Origin: TPA_inf: Saccharomyces
Lineage: Eukaryota
Length of the DNA: 64,000 nt
Reading direction: 5' to 3'
Assembly: GCA_000146045.2 (NCBI GenBank)
Contig: BK006935.2
Location: 96,001-160,000, forward strand
Shown here piece by piece: positions 12,877-24,224 of this stretch. The translations under genes and the position numbers were made by a program. The notes beneath the pieces are model-generated. The model made no database searches and was not told where the DNA came from. It worked only from the letters and a program-made list of their open reading frames with translations. How positions within the stretch are numbered: the stretch's first letter is position 1; every line of letters begins with the position of its first letter.

Positions 12877-14430
12877 CTACCTGATAATAAAGTCAATTAT
12901 GAAGACGAATACGTAGCTTATGATGCTGCCCAGAGCTAGTCCTGTAGAAACGAAAATATTAGTGAATCCACCGGCCGCTTCCTTCTCGTCGTCGTTGTCC
13001 AGTTGCTCTGGCACCTTCATGAAACTCATAGAGATGACGTGCCCGTTGGTTACGCCGAAAAGGAACTGCAGTAGCATGTAACACAAGTCAACGATTACGG
13101 AGCCATTGTGCTCTTCATCGCCGCTTGAAGAGGAGGTGATGGCTGTGAACATCAAGAACAGTGGTATTGCGGCCACCCGCAACAATGAGTAGATGAAGGT
13201 TTTGCGTGGCGTAAATTTCTGGTCACGGAACATGGGCCAGTCGGCAATGACTCTTCCGTAAAGGTCGCCTAGGTTCCACAGCGTGAATATGAGAGGTATG
13301 TACTGTGCGTTGCTTAAAGGAAGCCCTGTCACGTAGGTGGCAGACGCAAATACAGGAAAAACAAGAGTTACGACAAACGTGGTGAATATGGAAAGAACCA
13401 GGTACTTTAGTTTGGCAAATAAGACCTCGAAAGGCACTTTTAGTTGGAGTTCCTCACCTTCGTCGTTGTCGTCGCGAGTGCCGTTGGTGCGGCGGTGGTC
13501 TTCATCCTCCATTTGGTCAATGCGGCCAACAATACGGATTTCCTCCTCATTGGAGCGCAGAGACCCTAACAACACATCAGTGATATGTCCGTCTTCCACA
13601 TTCCAATTCTCGTTCACTTTCCGACTGATTTTGCTCACGCTGAACATGACCACACAAATGGTGACCACGAGTGTTGTGGTAAAAAAGTATAGAAGAATCC
13701 CGCCCGTAGTAGACACAGAAGAGTTCTCGATGAAAGCTAGGGCAAAAAGCACTAGGGAGGGCAGGACACCAGCAACGGCTTGCCCCACCATGACACCTTG
13801 ACTGTACTCGGAACCGAAGACGTTGGCTATGGCCATGATACCATTCTGTGTCATGGCTGTCCCCATGGAACTGATCACTACAAGCATCATTATAAACATG
13901 AAATTGAACCATTTAGGTAAAAGGAAATGCAAAATTGTAAAGAAGCACATGACAGTAAAGACAATAATCTCCCACACAAGCCCGTTTATGACCCTTCTCG
14001 AGTATTTGTACTGTCTTTTGGCCAAGTAGATGTTGAACAGCATTGACGATATGGTAGAAAAGGACATCATAGAGCTTGTGAAGATCTTTGCCCAAATGGA
14101 GGTGTCTTTGAAAATATCGTGCTTAAAATATTGCGAGGCACTGAGGATACAGTTCCACGGCCATAAAAGACCTATTCCTATGGCGAAAAATGTAATATAT
14201 GAAAGATTTTTCAACTTTTTTCTTAACGGCAATGTATCCAGTGGTTCGGTTGACACAGATTGCTCTCTTTCAGAATAATTATCGCCTTCTTCATCTGAGT
14301 GCTCGTTGTTCTCTGATTCATGTTCTTCTCCAGAGCGTGATATCTCCTCTGAATGCGTATCGGCCAGTGCAGGCTCTGGCACCGCAAGGATTGGCTTCTT
14401 GATGGTATCAGTGTCCGCACTAGTACTCAT
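12877..14430 (-). CDS. FUN26: Equilibrative nucleoside transporter (ENT family), vacuolar
   Basis: 517-aa ORF with an acidic N-terminus followed by about 11 transmembrane segments. Recognised as Fun26. Confidence 0.92.
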   Translation of the reverse strand: MSTSADTDTIKKPILAVPEPALADTHSEEISRSGEEHESENNEHSDEEGDNYSEREQSVSTEPLDTLPLRKKLKNLSYITFFAIGIGLLWPWNCILSASQYFKHDIFKDTSIWAKIFTSSMMSFSTISSMLFNIYLAKRQYKYSRRVINGLVWEIIVFTVMCFFTILHFLLPKWFNFMFIMMLVVISSMGTAMTQNGIMAIANVFGSEYSQGVMVGQAVAGVLPSLVLFALAFIENSSVSTTGGILLYFFTTTLVVTICVVMFSVSKISRKVNENWNVEDGHITDVLLGSLRSNEEEIRIVGRIDQMEDEDHRRTNGTRDDNDEGEELQLKVPFEVLFAKLKYLVLSIFTTFVVTLVFPVFASATYVTGLPLSNAQYIPLIFTLWNLGDLYGRVIADWPMFRDQKFTPRKTFIYSLLRVAAIPLFLMFTAITSSSSGDEEHNGSVIVDLCYMLLQFLFGVTNGHVISMSFMKVPEQLDNDDEKEAAGGFTNIFVSTGLALGSIISYVFVFIIDFIIR

Positions 14431-14696
14431 TTTTGCAATCTGGTATGCTTTCTTGCGTTTGATGATAAGCTGTCGCCGTAACGTAAATCATTCATCCTTT
14501 CCTATGATTTTTTAAGTCAATTTTTTTTTCTTTTTCGGGAAATTAATTCTGTTTTTGGCATTAATAACAACAAGAAGAATTAAGGATTCGTTATAGAATA
14601 CAAGATTCTTGGTTTGGTTAAATAATTTTGGCTCTCTTAAATATTATAAAAAGATACTTAAGTAAGAAAGAAACAGGACGAAAAAGATACGCAAAA

Positions 14697-14716
14697 GAGA
14701 GAGAGAGAGAGAGAGA
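14697..14716. repeat. (GA)10 dinucleotide microsatellite in the FUN26 promoter / CCR4 3' flank
   Basis: gagagagagagagagagaga, read directly. Confidence 0.95.
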
Positions 14717-14845
14717 AAAAAAAGATGAGAAAAAAAAGTATAACGTGAAGGCTTTATGGGAAGTGCGGTGAGATTGGGATCGTTTCAATTTTATAATGAG
14801 GTAGTGTACAGAGAGGAGGGAGGGAGTGGGATGAAAGTGTGCGGT

Positions 14846-17359
14846 TTATACTTTCTTACTGCCTGTGTTTGTCTTCATAAATTCAAATCTTGCTAACAAT
14901 GGTATATGGTCACTGGGGAATTTGTCGTTGGGGAACCCGATAAACTTACTCACGTATTCAGGGTCCACTTCACCCAATAGCCCACGCACCCTTAGAGCAT
15001 GTGTAGAAAACCATATATAGTCGATAACATCTGTGAATGACGGTGTGAAATTGGTGAATGGTAGTTCTCCGATACAATTATAACTTGATTTGAGAGCCAA
15101 GTTATGTGAGAAATTTTTCTCCGACATGTAACCGAAATCTCTACCATTTCCCTCTTGATGTATTTGGACACGGCCTGTATTTATCAATTCGTATACGGCG
15201 GAGTTGATGTATGAATTGAAGTCACCACAAATGAGCACAGGAAATTTCTTAATGTCCTGTCTAAAATTGTGCGATGTCTCCTCCTTTAGCAGCGTTTCCA
15301 GATGATCTAACAGGACACCTACTTGGAATGTCTTGACATCATTAAATTTTGGATCCCAGTGCAAATGCGTGGTGACCGCCCATATGGTGTCGCCACTAGG
15401 AATGTGTTGTAGCTTTAAGAACAGTGCAACGTTGTCTTTGTTCATTGCACGGTTTAAATAATCTTCAGTTCTTTGGAACTTCTTGTGTTTCATCCAAGCA
15501 CCGCTGAAATCCATGGCGTCTTTGGTGATCAACTTGAATTGGTCCCTTTTGAAAAAAATGCAACACCCGTCCACTTTCTTGGAGTCCTTGGAATGCATGG
15601 TCTTGGCTCTTGCCTTTGCATGGAAGATGCCTGTATAACCGTGCTTGTCCAATAGGGGCACCCAATACTCTTCAAAAGTCTTAGACTCCACTTCTTGTAA
15701 ACACAACAGATCACTGTCGTACGAGAGAATCTGCTCCTTTAATTTATTGCGCCTGTAATCCCAACTTAACGCCCACGACGGTGTGTAACGGTACATTTTT
15801 GGGGTGGCATAGTGTTGACATAAGGTGTTGTAGGATAAGACGGTGAACGTCCTCTTGGCTAAATCGGTGGCCAGATGCTCAGTGGATTGCTGCAAAGAAT
15901 CGTACTCCCTCTGTGGTTCCCCATCGGTATTGATTTCGATGAACCTACGTTCATGCGGTAAGGGAATCTCTGGTCTGTTGTCCCTTAGGTAGAAAATCAA
16001 TCCCGTGACAGATTTTTCTGTAAGGATCTTTAAAAACTGTTTTTCTAAGGGGTTTCCTTCTACACCAAGAAACTGAAGGTTACACAGGTTCCCAAACTCC
16101 CATGGTAATGTGGTGACCATGTTATCAAAAAAGTAGAAGTATTTCAATTGGAAACATGAGCCTAGTTCCGCTGGTAGAGATGTTAACCTATTATGCGACA
16201 GGTCCAAAACGCGTAGGTTGCTTAGGTTCTTGATCTCCGCTGGCAGTTCCGTGAGGCTATTGCCATTCAAATATAGTCTCGTTAGAAAATCGTACTTGAA
16301 GATGTTGGCGCTGATATTGAAGATTTGCAAGTTGGACAAATCTAGCGCGTGCCATAATTGGTCGTCGTATTTCGAGTCCTTGGGCATGACCATTCTGTTT
16401 TCAATGTCGTCATCTTCGTCGATGCTGTACTGAGACAGTTTCTTGTGTTGTAAGAGCGCCTGGTTGGCTTCGTCCTTGCCATTAGCAAACAGCTCTATCT
16501 TGGGAGTCAATGGTGTAGAAACTGCACTGTTAGTTGCCGTGCCTGAGGGAGTGCTATCTCCCGTAGGTTGTTGTTTCTTTGCTGTCTTGCTGTCGGTGAG
16601 AGTGTCGGCCATTTCCATCAAGGCTTGCTTTGTGCAGTCTACCAGTGATTTGGAGGCTTCTGCAATGTGAGATTGCTGGAAATCGGTGGGCTGCAAAGCT
16701 GGTGGTGCAGCCTGAGGTCCGGGGCCAAATGGGCCCGGGACCTGCTGCTGTGCCTGTTGCTGCGCTTGTTGCTGAGCTTGCTGAGCCTGTTGTGTAGCCA
16801 AATACTTCTTCATAGCGTTTTGTCTAGCATAAATGTTGGGTTGCCCCAGAGATTGTGCGGACACTGCAGCCAGATGCAATTGAAGCTTCCAGATCGGATT
16901 GTTTAGTAAAGAAGGGTCATCCAAGTGCGGGTGTAATAAAGGGTTACTGGCGTTCACATTGATGTTCACAGGCGTACCAACGGTAGGAACCATCCCTATA
17001 GAATTTACTGCGGCTGTGGAGGCATTCATCATCACCCCGCTTCCACCGCCGTTGTTGTTGTTGTTGTTGTTGTTGTTATTGTTGTTATTGTTGTTATCCA
17101 TGTTCATATTGAGCATGTTCGCGTTCCCATTAGCCAATTGGTCGAGCAACTGGCGCGAGTTGTTGTTGCTGGAAGTGTGTACATCGCTGTTGTTCATGAG
17201 TCCCGGTGGAGGTATCCCGGTGAGCTGGTTCATGTGTAGCTGCTGCTGTAGAGCGTTTGGTGTACCCTTTCCTAGTAGCCCGGCATGCTGCTGTTGCTGC
17301 TGTTGCTGTTGCTGCTGCGGGCCCACATTAGGGTAGCCTAGTAAAGAAGGGTCGTTCAT
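14846..17359 (-). CDS. CCR4: Ccr4-Not deadenylase catalytic subunit (N-terminal polyQ/polyN, LRR, EEP nuclease domain)
   Basis: 837-aa ORF. PolyQ and polyN runs, leucine-rich repeats ([18 protein letters not shown]) and an exonuclease-endonuclease-phosphatase C-terminus. Recognised as Ccr4. Confidence 0.95.
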   Translation of the reverse strand: MNDPSLLGYPNVGPQQQQQQQQQQHAGLLGKGTPNALQQQLHMNQLTGIPPPGLMNNSDVHTSSNNNSRQLLDQLANGNANMLNMNMDNNNNNNNNNNNNNNNGGGSGVMMNASTAAVNSIGMVPTVGTPVNINVNASNPLLHPHLDDPSLLNNPIWKLQLHLAAVSAQSLGQPNIYARQNAMKKYLATQQAQQAQQQAQQQAQQQVPGPFGPGPQAAPPALQPTDFQQSHIAEASKSLVDCTKQALMEMADTLTDSKTAKKQQPTGDSTPSGTATNSAVSTPLTPKIELFANGKDEANQALLQHKKLSQYSIDEDDDIENRMVMPKDSKYDDQLWHALDLSNLQIFNISANIFKYDFLTRLYLNGNSLTELPAEIKNLSNLRVLDLSHNRLTSLPAELGSCFQLKYFYFFDNMVTTLPWEFGNLCNLQFLGVEGNPLEKQFLKILTEKSVTGLIFYLRDNRPEIPLPHERRFIEINTDGEPQREYDSLQQSTEHLATDLAKRTFTVLSYNTLCQHYATPKMYRYTPSWALSWDYRRNKLKEQILSYDSDLLCLQEVESKTFEEYWVPLLDKHGYTGIFHAKARAKTMHSKDSKKVDGCCIFFKRDQFKLITKDAMDFSGAWMKHKKFQRTEDYLNRAMNKDNVALFLKLQHIPSGDTIWAVTTHLHWDPKFNDVKTFQVGVLLDHLETLLKEETSHNFRQDIKKFPVLICGDFNSYINSAVYELINTGRVQIHQEGNGRDFGYMSEKNFSHNLALKSSYNCIGELPFTNFTPSFTDVIDYIWFSTHALRVRGLLGEVDPEYVSKFIGFPNDKFPSDHIPLLARFEFMKTNTGSKKV
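17051..17097 (-). repeat. Coding (AAC)n/(GTT)n trinucleotide repeat (polyN) in CCR4, with a second CAG/CAA polyQ tract at about 17287-17316
   Basis: Plus strand gttgttgttgttgttgttgttgttgtt att gttgtt att gttgtt. Translates as NNNNNNNNNNNNNNNN in Ccr4. Confidence 0.9.
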
Positions 17360-17613
17360 TAGCGGTAGTTTGCAGGGATAACGTCAGTCGGAGTTCCCTT
17401 GCTGGTGTCCCTTATGCTGTGCCCTTGTGCTTGAGAACCTTCTCTAAGGTGGAAACTTTTTCAAATTTTTTCGTTGTTGGCCCGTTTTTCGCAAGTACGG
17501 GCGATAACAAAAGGCCTAAACGGCTACTTTACCTTTGAGATCTACCACGATGAGAATTAATGCTGAATGGACATCTATGTATATGATAGTGGGTATATAG
17601 TTACTTATCAGTG

Positions 17614-18615
17614 CTAGAGCACGATCCACGTGGTGGCACATCCGCCAAACACGCGAGGTTTTCCAGAGTATTGGCCCACGAGCTGCAGTCCAGGCTGGGA
17701 GCCCTTTTGCGGGCCGCAGTTGCCATGCTCTCCCCAGCCCCAGCAGTATACATTGTAACAGTGAGACTTGCCTTCTTGATTAGCAGTAGTTAGAATACCG
17801 TGCTCACTCCCGGTTGCAACACCGACAATAGGGAAGTCTAGGCGCTCTTGCGGGAAGAGTTGGGAATGTGTGCCCCTACCAAACGACTCTACCGTATTGA
17901 GGCGCGCATTCCACAGGTGGATCGAGGTCCACATGCACAGTACCACTAGATTGTGTCTTTTTTGCTGTTGTTTGAGCTCGAACCCAGTGGGCAGGCGACC
18001 GGATGCGTGCACTATGCGGCCGCCCTCGTCCACTATGACCATGAAGTCCTTGCCCATGGCCACGTAGTCTACGGCCACAGACCCGGTATCGTACACCAAT
18101 ACGGGCTCTTTCAGTGATCGGGATTTGGGCTCTTGCAATTGACACTTTGTGTTGCTGCCCCAGCCGTATACTCGGGTGCCTTGCACCACCACAAAGTTCT
18201 GGAAACATCCGTATACTGCGATGCGCTCATCGTTGGAATTCAATGGCACATGTTGCTGAGTGAACTCGTAGCAACCGCCTCCTCTCTGCCATACACGGCC
18301 ATCAGCATCCACAATAACTGTCGTGTCCCAGCCGCACGCCACATCCACCACGGGTGCCGGTACTTCCACGGGCCTCCAGTCATGCACCTGCCGCAGTGCT
18401 TGCGCACTATCCAGTTCTCCCCGTCTGTTATCTCCACATCCTACCAGATTCCCGTCATTTGTCAGCATCACGCTGTGGTTCCCACCGCACGCTATCTTCC
18501 TGACTATTGCTCCATCATCTCCTGGCACAGACCTCTGTGGGGTATCCATATCCTCATCGTGCCCCAGTCCCAGTTGCCTTTGCCCATTAGACCCAAACGC
18601 ATACACACAACTCAT
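17614..18615 (-). CDS. ATS1: RCC1-repeat protein (alpha-tubulin suppressor)
   Basis: Track ORF is 344 aa. The known protein is 333 aa starting [18 protein letters not shown], so the start is trimmed by 11 codons. RCC1-like GxGxxGQLG repeats. Confidence 0.88.
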
Positions 18616-18918
18616 CGATACAAGCCTGTTATAGCCTTTAATGATCACATTCCATCACTTGCGCTTTGGATCTGCCTGCATTATCAAGGCTCAAACGGCT
18701 GCGTTACCCCCGTCGCCGCGAAATTTTTCATAATTTTTCACTTTGTAGGATTAAAAGAGATCATGAGCCCATCTCGCAATGCAACACGTAACTTAAATCA
18801 GTACTGGCGTGTGCTATAGTGCTCTATATTCGAGTTTGTTGCTACTGGTGGACACCCGACTATCTACAGTAAGGAACGTAAACAAGAAAAAGAGAGAAAA
18901 TACGCTATAGTTGAAAAC

Positions 18919-21900
18919 ATGAGTGGTTCGCATTCAAATGATGAGGATGACGTAGTGCAAGTGCCCGAGACGTCCTCTCCCACCAAGGTAGCATCGTCGT
19001 CTCCCTTAAAGCCTACTTCGCCAACAGTTCCGGATGCAAGTGTGGCGTCTTTGAGAAGCAGGTTTACTTTCAAGCCTTCAGATCCCAGCGAAGGAGCTCA
19101 TACTTCGAAGCCGCTCCCATCTGGGAGTCCTGAGGTAGCACTGGTTAACCTTGCGAGAGAGTTCCCCGATTTCTCTCAAACTCTGGTGCAGGCTGTTTTC
19201 AAATCTAACTCTTTTAACTTACAGTCTGCCAGGGAACGTCTTACAAGATTGAGGCAGCAAAGACAAAATTGGACATGGAACAAGAACGCATCTCCCAAGA
19301 AGTCAGAAACCCCGCCACCTGTCAAGAAGTCATTACCACTGGCAAACACAGGCCGTTTATCATCTATCCATGGCAATATCAACAACAAATCCTCCAAGAT
19401 TACCGTGGCCAAACAGAAAACGTCCATTTTTGACCGTTACTCAAACGTCATCAACCAGAAACAATACACTTTTGAGCTGCCAACTAACTTGAATATAGAC
19501 TCGGAGGCACTGAGCAAGTTGCCCGTGAACTACAACAAAAAGAGAAGGCTGGTAAGGGCAGATCAGCATCCAATTGGCAAGTCTTATGAGTCATCCGCTA
19601 CACAATTAGGTTCTGCAAGAGAGAAACTACTGGCGAACCGCAAATACGGTCGTCATGCAAACGACAACGATGAAGAGGAGGAAGAGAGTATGATGACGGA
19701 CGATGACGATGCAAGTGGCGACGACTACACAGAATCCACGCCGCAGATAAATCTGGATGAACAAGTTTTACAGTTTATTAATGACTCTGATATTGTCGAT
19801 CTCTCGGACCTCTCAGATACCACGATGCATAAGGCTCAACTCATAGCCTCACATAGGCCATATTCTTCTTTAAATGCCTTTGTAAACACAAATTTCAATG
19901 ATAAGGACACTGAGGAGAACGCATCGAACAAGAGAAAAAGACGTGCGGCTGCATCCGCCAATGAGAGTGAGAGGCTGCTCGATAAAATCACCCAAAGTAT
20001 AAGAGGTTACAATGCAATTGAGTCTGTGATCAAGAAATGTTCTTCCTACGGTGATTTGGTCACTTCGCAAATGAAGAAATGGGGTGTGCAAGTGGAAGGC
20101 GATAACTCTGAGTTGGACCTGATGAACCTTGGGGAAGACGATGACGACGACAATGATGATGGCAATAACGATAATAATAATAGCAACAATAACAATACCG
20201 CTGGCGCAGACGCCACTAGCAAGGAAAAAGAAGATACAAAGGCCGTAGTGGAAGGTTTTGATGAAACTAGCGCAGAACCTACTCCAGCACCAGCACCAGC
20301 ACCAGTGGAAAGAGAAACAAAACGAATTAGAAACACAACTAAGCCAAAAGTGGTCGAAGATGAAGATGACGATGTAGATTTGGAGGCAATCGATGACGAA
20401 TTGCCGCAGTCTGAGCATGAAGATGATGACTATGAAGAGGAGGACGAAGACTATAACGATGAGGAAGAAGATGTGGAATATGATGATGGTGACGATGATG
20501 ACGATGATGACGATGAATTTGTCGCTACCAGAAAAAACACACACGTGATCTCCACCACGAGCAGAAATGGCCGTAAACCTATTGTCAAGTTCTTCAAGGG
20601 CAAACCCAGACTGTTAAGCCCGGAAATTTCACTAAAAGACTACCAACAAACGGGTATAAACTGGTTGAATCTGCTATACCAAAACAAGATGTCATGTATC
20701 CTTGCAGACGACATGGGTCTAGGTAAAACATGTCAAGTCATTTCATTTTTCGCATATTTGAAACAAATAAACGAACCGGGTCCTCACTTGGTTGTTGTGC
20801 CATCATCGACGCTAGAAAATTGGTTAAGGGAGTTCCAGAAATTCGCACCTGCTTTGAAGATTGAACCCTACTATGGCTCTTTACAAGAAAGGGAAGAATT
20901 GCGTGATATCCTGGAAAGGAACGCTGGGAAATATGATGTTATCGTGACCACGTATAACTTGGCTGCAGGTAATAAATACGACGTTTCGTTTTTGAAAAAT
21001 AGAAACTTCAATGTTGTGGTTTATGATGAAGGTCATATGTTGAAAAATTCCACTTCAGAGAGATTTGCCAAACTGATGAAAATTCGTGCCAATTTCCGCC
21101 TTTTATTAACTGGTACGCCATTACAAAATAACTTGAAGGAACTAATGTCGCTGTTGGAATTTATCATGCCAAATCTTTTCATTTCCAAAAAGGAATCATT
21201 TGACGCAATCTTCAAACAACGTGCCAAGACCACAGACGATAACAAAAATCACAACCCGCTATTAGCGCAAGAAGCCATTACAAGAGCTAAAACGATGATG
21301 AAGCCATTTATTTTGAGAAGACGTAAGGATCAAGTGTTGAAACATTTGCCACCAAAGCACACGCATATTCAGTATTGTGAATTGAACGCAATACAAAAAA
21401 AAATATATGATAAGGAAATACAAATCGTGTTAGAACATAAGAGAATGATTAAAGATGGCGAATTGCCAAAAGATGCAAAAGAAAAGTCTAAATTACAATC
21501 TTCAAGTTCCAAAAATTTAATAATGGCATTGCGAAAGGCCTCTCTGCATCCACTTTTGTTCAGAAATATCTATAATGATAAAATCATCACTAAAATGAGT
21601 GATGCCATATTGGATGAACCTGCTTATGCTGAAAACGGTAACAAAGAGTATATTAAGGAAGATATGAGCTATATGACGGATTTTGAGTTGCACAAACTAT
21701 GCTGCAATTTCCCGAACACGTTATCCAAATACCAACTTCATAATGACGAGTGGATGCAATCTGGGAAGATAGACGCTTTGAAAAAATTGCTGAAAACAAT
21801 CATTGTTGACAAACAGGAAAAGGTGCTGATATTTTCCTTATTCACTCAAGTCCTGGATATTCTAGAGATGGTTTTGTCCACCTTAGATTATAAATTTTTA

Positions 21901-22314
21901 AGATTAGATGGTTCCACGCAAGTGAATGATAGACAACTACTAATAGATAAGTTTTATGAAGATAAGGATATTCCCATTTTCATCTTATCAACAAAGGCAG
22001 GTGGATTCGGTATTAATTTGGTGTGCGCAAATAATGTTATTATATTCGATCAAAGTTTTAACCCACATGATGACAGACAAGCTGCTGATAGGGCACATCG
22101 TGTGGGACAAACAAAGGAAGTTAATATAACCACTTTAATTACTAAGGATTCCATAGAGGAAAAGATTCATCAACTGGCCAAAAATAAACTAGCTTTAGAT
22201 TCGTATATCAGTGAAGATAAAAAATCTCAAGATGTGTTGGAAAGTAAAGTTAGTGATATGTTGGAGGATATAATTTATGATGAAAACTCGAAACCGAAGG
22301 GAACCAAAGAATAA
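18919..22314 (+). CDS. FUN30: Snf2-family ATP-dependent chromatin remodeler
   Basis: 1131-aa ORF. Helicase motifs LADDMGLGKT, DEGHMLKN, LLTGTPLQNN and the C-terminal helicase domain (QAADRAHRVGQ). Long acidic D/E runs. Confidence 0.95.
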   Translation: MSGSHSNDEDDVVQVPETSSPTKVASSSPLKPTSPTVPDASVASLRSRFTFKPSDPSEGAHTSKPLPSGSPEVALVNLAREFPDFSQTLVQAVFKSNSFNLQSARERLTRLRQQRQNWTWNKNASPKKSETPPPVKKSLPLANTGRLSSIHGNINNKSSKITVAKQKTSIFDRYSNVINQKQYTFELPTNLNIDSEALSKLPVNYNKKRRLVRADQHPIGKSYESSATQLGSAREKLLANRKYGRHANDNDEEEEESMMTDDDDASGDDYTESTPQINLDEQVLQFINDSDIVDLSDLSDTTMHKAQLIASHRPYSSLNAFVNTNFNDKDTEENASNKRKRRAAASANESERLLDKITQSIRGYNAIESVIKKCSSYGDLVTSQMKKWGVQVEGDNSELDLMNLGEDDDDDNDDGNNDNNNSNNNNTAGADATSKEKEDTKAVVEGFDETSAEPTPAPAPAPVERETKRIRNTTKPKVVEDEDDDVDLEAIDDELPQSEHEDDDYEEEDEDYNDEEEDVEYDDGDDDDDDDDEFVATRKNTHVISTTSRNGRKPIVKFFKGKPRLLSPEISLKDYQQTGINWLNLLYQNKMSCILADDMGLGKTCQVISFFAYLKQINEPGPHLVVVPSSTLENWLREFQKFAPALKIEPYYGSLQEREELRDILERNAGKYDVIVTTYNLAAGNKYDVSFLKNRNFNVVVYDEGHMLKNSTSERFAKLMKIRANFRLLLTGTPLQNNLKELMSLLEFIMPNLFISKKESFDAIFKQRAKTTDDNKNHNPLLAQEAITRAKTMMKPFILRRRKDQVLKHLPPKHTHIQYCELNAIQKKIYDKEIQIVLEHKRMIKDGELPKDAKEKSKLQSSSSKNLIMALRKASLHPLLFRNIYNDKIITKMSDAILDEPAYAENGNKEYIKEDMSYMTDFELHKLCCNFPNTLSKYQLHNDEWMQSGKIDALKKLLKTIIVDKQEKVLIFSLFTQVLDILEMVLSTLDYKFLRLDGSTQVNDRQLLIDKFYEDKDIPIFILSTKAGGFGINLVCANNVIIFDQSFNPHDDRQAADRAHRVGQTKEVNITTLITKDSIEEKIHQLAKNKLALDSYISEDKKSQDVLESKVSDMLEDIIYDENSKPKGTKE

Positions 22315-22563
22315 ATAAATAAAAATATAGTAAAAAAGTAAATAGATAAGCAGAAAATAAACCAAAAAAATAACATATTTATTTTCTTCTGCGTGAACGC
22401 ACCATGTGGAAAAAGAGAGTTGATAGAACAAAGGACAAAGAAATTTAGAACGGTAAAAATATTTTCTAGAGTATAATATACATATATGTGTATATATACA
22501 TAGGTTAGTATGTATAGCTAGGTAATTTTAATCTGGGGAGAGAAATGGTGAACTTTTTTCAAT

Positions 22564-23541
22564 TTATTGATTCGGTTGTTGATTGATATCTTGTGGTGCT
22601 GCTTCAATTTCAGCTTGAGTTTCTACTAAATTTTCAGGGACCATTGGATGATCAAGGTTAAATAAAACGCTACCAATAGTATTTGTAGAAATGGCAAAGC
22701 CCGCTAAAATGGGCACGGACTCAATCAAACCGGCCAAGAAACCAAATGAGGCATATTGGCCAGCGTGGAGATAAATATTTTCACGTCTTTGTATGTTGTC
22801 GAAATTTTGTAAACGTAAAACTTTCGTGAAGTAAATTTGAGTGATGAAAGGAGAAATTAAAATATGAAAAAGGATTGGTCCAATAAGTGGGAAAAAAGAT
22901 ATAACCAACAGCACAAAAAGAACCGACAGGCCTAACATGTACTTGACCAACTTGAATGGGAAATAGTAAGCCCAGAAATATATCGAGTTAATAGGTGCAT
23001 AGTACTTGATTGGTTTGACTTCACTCAAATTCTCCTCTAAACCATTCTTCTCTAAGCACACCTCCACTAAATGATTATTAAAATGACTGAGTCTCATAAA
23101 CAATAAAGTGAAAACATTTGCTTGCAAAAAGGAATGAAAAATGGCAATGAAAAGCCCAATAGGGCCCAGCACAATCAAAAAAGCTGTGTACATTGGCGTA
23201 ATTGTAGCCCAATACACAAAGCTTACCAGGGCAAACATTATCAAGTAACTCGATAATATACCTAACATAGTCGTTGAGTAACTGCTCTTATTGGTGTTGA
23301 ACTCTAAAAACCCTTTGAACGGGTACATGAATGCACCTCCTGTGAATGCATCTTTGAAAAAGTTCATTAGCACGTATCTGGTACGGCTCATAACTTTGCT
23401 GAAGTGCTTCTTGTAAACTTTATCCAAGTACTGATTGAAGGGGATGTTGACATATGGCAGTTTTTCATACGATTGGCCTCCGCCAAACTTGTACACCAAA
23501 CCACCAATACCTGCCAGCGCTAATGAACCTGTAAAACTCAT
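22564..23541 (-). CDS. LDS1: Multi-pass membrane protein (lipid-droplet/prospore-membrane family)
   Basis: 325-aa hydrophobic ORF. I recall it as YAL018C/LDS1; confidence in the symbol is lower than for the others. Confidence 0.8.
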   Translation of the reverse strand: MSFTGSLALAGIGGLVYKFGGGQSYEKLPYVNIPFNQYLDKVYKKHFSKVMSRTRYVLMNFFKDAFTGGAFMYPFKGFLEFNTNKSSYSTTMLGILSSYLIMFALVSFVYWATITPMYTAFLIVLGPIGLFIAIFHSFLQANVFTLLFMRLSHFNNHLVEVCLEKNGLEENLSEVKPIKYYAPINSIYFWAYYFPFKLVKYMLGLSVLFVLLVISFFPLIGPILFHILISPFITQIYFTKVLRLQNFDNIQRRENIYLHAGQYASFGFLAGLIESVPILAGFAISTNTIGSVLFNLDHPMVPENLVETQAEIEAAPQDINQQPNQ

Positions 23542-24158
23542 TTCCTGTTGTTGTTATTGTTTGTATAATGTACCTTTGTTCCCTACACTATAACAACACT
23601 TATTCGTGGCAAGAACGAAAATAAAAAATGATTTGAAACTTCCTTTTCCACATCTATATCTATATATATATGTATATGTATAATACTTATTACTATGATA
23701 TTATTCCATGTGTCACAAAACCAGAAAGATCCCGTCGTATTATTGAGTCACGTGCTTTATTCCATGGCGGGTAATAAATATTAAAACAAGGGTTTTTTAA
23801 GTAAATGATTACATGCTAAGGAAGTGGTGAATAAGATTTGGCAAGGGGCAGGTCGCTAACCACAACATAGCATTCGTTGAAAAGGAAATCAACGTTACAA
23901 AGTGCAGTTTTTTGTATTATTTTCCTATTATCCTCTTCTTTTCCTTTGTTTCAGGCGTCGTTGCACCTTTTTGCTATACAAAAGCTCATAAAAGATTAGA
24001 AACCCCGGATATCGTCACAACAGCGGTATATTATAGTTATTTTGCATCTTTTTGGTAAGTCAGAAATTAGAAACAGTAGCTTACCAATTGAGTGAAAGTT
24101 TCCGTTCGTCATCTCCCTCTTTTGTTTTTTTTCACCTTTGTTTTTCTGTTTCTTCTAT

Positions 24159-24183
24159 TTTTGTTTTGTTTTGTTTTGTTTTG
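24159..24183. repeat. (TTTTG)5 pentanucleotide repeat about 50 bp upstream of the PSK1 ATG
   Basis: ttttgttttgttttgttttgttttg, read directly. Confidence 0.9.
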
Positions 24184-24224
24184 TTCTCTCCCTAATTTGC
24201 ATATAGGTAAACATCAAAGAAGTA

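Noticed and set aside
19870-20544. 224-aa and 96-aa minus-strand ORFs antisense to the FUN30 acidic region
   Set aside because: Poly-I/V/L translation is a mirror of the GAT/GAA-rich acidic tract. No start context and no domain.
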